From Planctomycetota bacterium (GTDB taxonomy: Bacteria; Planctomycetota; SZUA-567; H5-PLA8), in assembly GCA_038227875.1 (NCBI GenBank), contig JBBRPR010000017.1:1-64000 (forward strand): a DNA stretch of 64,000 nt, written 5' to 3'. Shown piece after piece: positions 59,408-64,000 of the stretch. A program made the position numbers and the translations under genes. A model generated the notes under the pieces. That model did not search any database. It was not told the DNA's origin and worked only from the letters and a program-made list of their open reading frames with translations. Within the stretch, counting starts at the first letter, position 1; each line of letters begins with the position of its first letter.

Positions 59408-59439
59408 AAAAAATCCCCCGCACACAGCGGGGGATTTTT
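59408..59439. terminator. Bidirectional intrinsic terminator
   Basis: AAAAAATCCCCCGC-ACACA-GCGGGGGATTTTT. Confidence 0.85.
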
Positions 59440-59454
59440 ATTAATTAAGACGCT

Positions 59455-59832
59455 ATGGATCTTCGAGTGGAAATCTTCTACGTCGTTAGTAAGTCCAAGC
59501 TTCCAAAGGGTATGTCATTTCCCTTGAAGCGAAGTGAATTCGATTCAGCAATGTCCACGATTGCATACGATGGCATTCGCTTCGTCTACTTCAATCTCGG
59601 TCAGCGCAGTTCAGGAAAATCAATCCTCATGCACTGCGACGCAAAATGCATAATCCTTTATGCAGTGCCGTCAGCCGAACGGCAACGTATCGGCGAGGCA
59701 TTGCTGAACGAGGGCTTTCCCAAGTTAAGGCGTTGGCTGGAGAATATTGGCAAGACCGAAACCGCGCGCATGATGAAGCACTATTTTGGCATGAGGTGGG
59801 TTGATGGGCGGCTGGTCGTTCACGCAGAATAA
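59455..59832 (+). CDS. Hypothetical protein, lower GC than its neighbours
   Basis: 125-aa ORF filling the gap; atypical codon usage. Confidence 0.6.
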   Translation: MDLRVEIFYVVSKSKLPKGMSFPLKRSEFDSAMSTIAYDGIRFVYFNLGQRSSGKSILMHCDAKCIILYAVPSAERQRIGEALLNEGFPKLRRWLENIGKTETARMMKHYFGMRWVDGRLVVHAE

Positions 59833-60096
59833 ATTTTAAACGCAGTACTCTGAAAGCTGAAAACCGAACCCGCTATAATAGCGGAACGTTTTATTTCGAA
59901 AGCCCGATGACTGTCTGTCATTTTTCCCTTGCATTCCACCCCTACATTAGGGTAATCTTCACCCACCTGCGAACGTCCGTCCTTATCGCTGAAACGCGGT
60001 CCGGCGCTCGCCAACTTTCTCCCACACAACCCAGCACACCGATCAAAGCGCGTAGCGCCTTCGTGTCGCTCTGTGGGTAAAGAAAGGAATCTCGCC

Positions 60097-60768
60097 ATGA
60101 AGCTCGAACCGACCCACGACCGTGCCATCGACCTGCTCGTCTCCGGACACCGCCAGTACGAAATCGCCGCGGAGCTGAAAATCAGCGACCGTACTCTGCG
60201 CCGCTGGATCAAGAACCCCGACTTCCGCGAAGAGCTGGAAACCCAGCGCGACGGCGCCCGCACCATGGCCCAGACCGTGATGGCCATCGCCGCCGCCGAC
60301 CAGGCCGCTTACGCCCATAACGCCATCAATTTAGCCTACGATATGCTCAACTCCCACGACCCAAAGACGCACGAACGAGCGATCGTTCTGGGCATGAAGC
60401 TGATCGCTCAGCAAGAACGTCAGGCGAGCAACGAAAAGTGGCGCGAGTTCGTCTACTTCGACAAACTCAAACGCAAAGAAGCCGAAGCCGCCAAGAAGGC
60501 CCAGTCCGAGAGCGAAGCCGTCCCATCCGTCCCATCCGTCCCACCCGTCCCGCAAGATCCTGCGACAGCCGAATCCGGCCAAGATCGGACAAAAGCGGAC
60601 ACCACCGGCGAAGCAACTCCCGAAAACGGCCAAAACCGGACAAATCCGGACACCGCCGAGCCGCTCATCGTCATCAAAGAGGCCAAATTCACTAGCGCAT
60701 CGACAAAACCGAACGTAAAGGTGCCGAACAAAGCCCCCTTCTACGCTGGAGTCGCCGGCCGACGGTAA
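60097..60768 (+). CDS. HTH domain protein (terminase-small-subunit-like N-terminus)
   Basis: AIDLLVSG..EIAAELKISDRTLRRWIKNPDFREEL; SD AAGGA. Confidence 0.7.
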   Translation: MKLEPTHDRAIDLLVSGHRQYEIAAELKISDRTLRRWIKNPDFREELETQRDGARTMAQTVMAIAAADQAAYAHNAINLAYDMLNSHDPKTHERAIVLGMKLIAQQERQASNEKWREFVYFDKLKRKEAEAAKKAQSESEAVPSVPSVPPVPQDPATAESGQDRTKADTTGEATPENGQNRTNPDTAEPLIVIKEAKFTSASTKPNVKVPNKAPFYAGVAGRR

Positions 60769-60779
60769 TCGAAGTGGCT

Positions 60780-61457
60780 TTACTTGGCTTCTGGAGATAC
60801 GGCGCCGTACAGCCCGTGCTTGCGGATGTACTCCTCGACGTCCTTGCGCAGGTAGCCGGGGATGCGCTCGCCCTTCTTCAGCAGCTGACGGATCAGCGTT
60901 GAACTGATGTCCACGCGCTGAACTTCGACCACGCCGCTGCGCAGCTTTGCGGTGGCTTCATCGCCCAGTGCTGTGCGGACGCGTTCCCAGAGCGCGGGAA
61001 GAATGGGAACTTCGCGCCGTTCGGCGATGCCGAAGTGGATCAGCTTCACCAGTTCGCCGATCTCGCGCCAGATCGGTAGATCGGCGAGACTGTCGGAGCC
61101 GATCAGGAAGTAGATCTCCGCGTCCGGTCCGTAGGCCTTGCGGACAATGCGCGCGGTGTCGACGGTGTAGCTGATCCCGCCTTTGCGGATCTCGAAGTCG
61201 CTGACGGAAAGCCCGCGCATGTTGTGGACGGCCAACTTGCACATTTCCAGCCGGTCGGCCGCGGACGCCTGCTCGCGGCCGTCCTGCTTGTGCGGCGGCG
61301 CGGCGGCGGGGAGCAGCACGACTTGCTCGAGCTTCAAGCCGTTCAACAATTGCTGCGCGATGGAAAGGTGGCCAATGTGGACCGGATCGAATGAACCGCC
61401 CATGATGCCAAAGCGCTTCAACGGTCCGAACAAATCAGTGGGAGTCGGTTCGCTCAT
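60780..61457 (-). CDS. nadD: Nicotinate-nucleotide adenylyltransferase
   Basis: GGSFDPVHIGH, PPHK, SYTVDT, IGSDS, ISSTLIR. Confidence 0.95.
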   Translation of the reverse strand: MSEPTPTDLFGPLKRFGIMGGSFDPVHIGHLSIAQQLLNGLKLEQVVLLPAAAPPHKQDGREQASAADRLEMCKLAVHNMRGLSVSDFEIRKGGISYTVDTARIVRKAYGPDAEIYFLIGSDSLADLPIWREIGELVKLIHFGIAERREVPILPALWERVRTALGDEATAKLRSGVVEVQRVDISSTLIRQLLKKGERIPGYLRKDVEEYIRKHGLYGAVSPEAK

Positions 61458-61520
61458 AGCCACATATCATACACGTGTTGCCGCACTGGAAAAGCAGACG
61501 GGTCCTTCCATACTTAAACC

Positions 61521-62285
61521 ATGAGCGAACGGAAGCGAACAAAGAAACAAGTCGAACGCGATTTGCGCGCCGAAGAAGCCAACCGCCTGGCCTACATCGG
61601 CACGCTGGCTTCCGGACTGGCCCACGAAATCCGCAGCCCCCTCAACGCAATGAAGCTGAACCTGGACCTGCTGCGCGAGGACCTCGATTCGGTCGCGGAG
61701 GCCAAGCGCTCCGATTTCAAACAGCGCCTGGAGATGATCTCGCGCGAAGCCGATGGCCTCCAGACGCTGCTGACGGAATTTCTCTCGTTCGCCAAACCGC
61801 CGAGCATGGAGTTGCTGCCGACGGACCTCAACCAGTTGCTCAAGGAGATGATGCAGTTCCTCGATCCGGCCTGCAAGCAGCGCCACATTCAGATCCAGAC
61901 CGATTTTCAGAAGGACCTCTATCCCGTCCCGCTCGACCAGAACCAGTTCGGCCGTGGCGTGATTCTCAACCTGCTGACCAACGCGATGGAACAGATCGGT
62001 GAACAAGGCACGATTAACCTGCGCACGCGCGAAACGCCCGACTACCTGGAAGTCCAGATCGAAGACAACGGCGGCGGCGTGAAGCCCGAGAACGAAGCGC
62101 ACATTTTCGAGCTGTTCTTTTCCACAAAAGCCCACGGCACCGGCCTGGGACTGGCGATCGCGCGGCGCATCGTCCAGGAACACGGCGGCGAACTCACACT
62201 GCAGAATCGCGCGAATCAAGGCGCGACGTTCGTCATCCGGCTGCCGAAGAGCAAGATTCTGGAGTTGAGCCCGCGCGCTCAGTGA
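61521..62285 (+). CDS. Sensor-less histidine kinase (HisKA plus HATPase)
   Basis: GLAHEIRSPL, NLLTNA, DNGGG, FFSTK, GTGLGL. Confidence 0.92.
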   Translation: MSERKRTKKQVERDLRAEEANRLAYIGTLASGLAHEIRSPLNAMKLNLDLLREDLDSVAEAKRSDFKQRLEMISREADGLQTLLTEFLSFAKPPSMELLPTDLNQLLKEMMQFLDPACKQRHIQIQTDFQKDLYPVPLDQNQFGRGVILNLLTNAMEQIGEQGTINLRTRETPDYLEVQIEDNGGGVKPENEAHIFELFFSTKAHGTGLGLAIARRIVQEHGGELTLQNRANQGATFVIRLPKSKILELSPRAQ

Positions 62286-62288
62286 ATA

Positions 62289-62437
62289 TGTGCCATGGAT
62301 GTGCGGACATCTGAGCGAAGCGAAAATGTCCGCTCATCCGTGCGTTACGCATAGACCTCGCTCGCGACGTCATGGTGACAACACACGGATGAGCGAATTT
62401 CTTCGCTACGCTCAGAAATTCGCACATCCATGGCACA
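62289..62437. repeat. Inverted pair of 54-bp REP-like units (REPIN-like) between convergent genes
   Basis: 62289-62342 and 62384-62437: TGTGCCATGGATGTGC..CTGAGCG(A/T)AGCGAA..GCTCATCCGTG. Confidence 0.9.
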
Positions 62438-63688
62438 CTACGTGTGCTTGTACTGAAACAACTTCAGCGTCTCAAACGAGTAATTGATCTCGCAGAGGAA
62501 GTTGGCCAGATCGCGCGTCACCAGCGGCTGCGCCATCACGGTCGCTTCGCCCATCAGCACGGGATTTTCTTTGAGCCGGCCACTGGTGAAAAGCTTATGG
62601 ATGCCGCGGCGCAGACGGATTTCGCTCAGGTTCAAATCCAGATGCATCTGCGCGCCCGGCGCTGTCGCCGACCCATTTTCCCGGAAGCAGCGCGGATCAA
62701 AGATCGTGTGCTGCCGTGCGTACAAGTGCTGCGACAGGTGCGAGAGCTCTTCAACGCGAGCCGCAAAATGCTCGTCGGTCACCCAGCCGTACTTGCGTTC
62801 CTTCTCGACCAGCCGCTTGATTGCTTCGATGCGCTGCTCTTCGTCGGAGCGGCCCTGGTAGTAGTCCTTCACTTCCTTCTGGTACTGATCGTTGTAGCGC
62901 AGGTGCTCGATCACTTCCGTCAGCACGCGCGGAATTTTGCACTGCCACGCGCACTCCGTGATCGGCCGGTTGTGCGCACCGGGCTCCACTATGCGACTGT
63001 AGCGGCGGCGGTCTTCGGAACTGATCGACGACGGATGCGAAATCGACGGCATCCCCGGCATCTTGTTGGCCTGCTGCAGGGCGTTGGCAAACTGCGGCGC
63101 GACGACTTCTTCGAAGACGCGCTCCGGCGAGGTCCCCGCACGGAAGGTCTGCGCTTCCATCTTCAGCAGCTTGACCGGAGTGCCCGAAATTCCCGGCCCG
63201 AACGCTTCGATCAACAAATTGCGCGCGCCGGGAACTTTGACGTTTTCCAGCGGTAGCTCGTAAGCTTCCACGCGCACTTCGACGGCACCCTTGGTCGGGA
63301 CGAGCAGCGGATAAGTAAACGTGGTCGTGATGCTCGCCGTCAGTTCCGTCGGCGGCACGAAGCGCTCGAAGCAGATCGCCGCCAGCACGATGCCCGGCAT
63401 GACCACCACGTCCTGGCGGTCGAGCAGCTTGGCGCCGAGCGTGTAGGTCCGTTCAACCGGTCCGGCGTGCTCGAGCGACTCCTCGGTTCCGCCGACACCC
63501 TGCGACGCGAGCAGACCCAGCATCCATTGAATCGCATGATCGGGCCGGTGATGAACGGGATTGGCGTCGTGATTGTAGAGCAGGCTGACGATCACCTGTT
63601 CGCCGAACTGCACCGGCACAATGGCGCGGCCGATCGGTGTGCGATTTTCTGTGTCGTTGGGATTGCCATTCCGCGGCATCGAGCGCAT
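62438..63688 (-). CDS. Hypothetical protein, possibly MaoC-like hot-dog fold
   Basis: HDANPVH resembles the MaoC D-x-N-P-x-H motif, followed by VMPGIVL and TFTYPL. Confidence 0.5.
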   Translation of the reverse strand: MRSMPRNGNPNDTENRTPIGRAIVPVQFGEQVIVSLLYNHDANPVHHRPDHAIQWMLGLLASQGVGGTEESLEHAGPVERTYTLGAKLLDRQDVVVMPGIVLAAICFERFVPPTELTASITTTFTYPLLVPTKGAVEVRVEAYELPLENVKVPGARNLLIEAFGPGISGTPVKLLKMEAQTFRAGTSPERVFEEVVAPQFANALQQANKMPGMPSISHPSSISSEDRRRYSRIVEPGAHNRPITECAWQCKIPRVLTEVIEHLRYNDQYQKEVKDYYQGRSDEEQRIEAIKRLVEKERKYGWVTDEHFAARVEELSHLSQHLYARQHTIFDPRCFRENGSATAPGAQMHLDLNLSEIRLRRGIHKLFTSGRLKENPVLMGEATVMAQPLVTRDLANFLCEINYSFETLKLFQYKHT

Positions 63689-64000
63689 CCTTTTTGTGGG
63701 CGTTCAAGGTAACTTTTGAGGCGTCGAAGTTCAATCTCGTTTGCGGATAGTCGCCTGCGAAAATCCCATAAACAGGCAGAAGGAGGGGTCGTGGGCGCCG
63801 TCCTTTGATTACTCCGGAAGCTAAGCCTTATGTCCGACTAATGCCGCTCGACTATCGCTACGATACAAATTCATTATCTTTAACATCATTATATATTATC
63901 GATATAAGCCTACATACAGATTGTTTTTAAGTACACTTGTCTTGTTTTCGTTTACCATTACTGAAATTTCAAAAACTTTAAAGTATTTGAATATCGATAC

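Noticed and set aside
60097..60768. Prophage based on the terminase-small-like HTH
   Set aside because: No terminase large subunit, portal, capsid or integrase gene nearby.

Overview
64 kb of GC-rich bacterial chromosome. The lineage is probably Planctomycetota/PVC, inferred from PQQ-like beta-propeller proteins, FGE-like proteins, extended ECF sigma factors, a sulfatase and large TPR-like proteins. The first ~13 kb looks accessory: it is lower in GC by eye and holds secreted multi-domain proteins, gene remnants and frameshifts. The rest mixes housekeeping genes (lpdA, valS, trpA, hemW, tyrS, nadD) with a LemA/TPM operon, a TetR/TIGR01777 pair, a GH9, an NsrR-like/truncated globin pair and a metal-uptake operon. 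The most striking locus is 47.8-50.8 kb. There tyrS is preceded by a Tyr-rich leader peptide (MLRAFYGYGYRFNSPVA) and a cascading two-terminator attenuator. It is followed directly by an ECF sigma factor fused to a degenerate PheRS-alpha-like (class IIc aaRS) catalytic domain, a candidate aromatic-amino-acid or tRNA-sensing sigma factor. Other notable signals are a CxxC/RGPP (DUF2946/CruR-like) leader upstream of the metal-uptake operon, modular intergenic elements with conserved linkers but different palindromes, a REP-like family with covarying stems, and an HTH-repeat gene broken by tandem in-frame TAG TAG. No rRNA, tRNA, CRISPR array, transposase, integrase or reverse transcriptase was recognised. 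All calls are by eye; no database searches were run.
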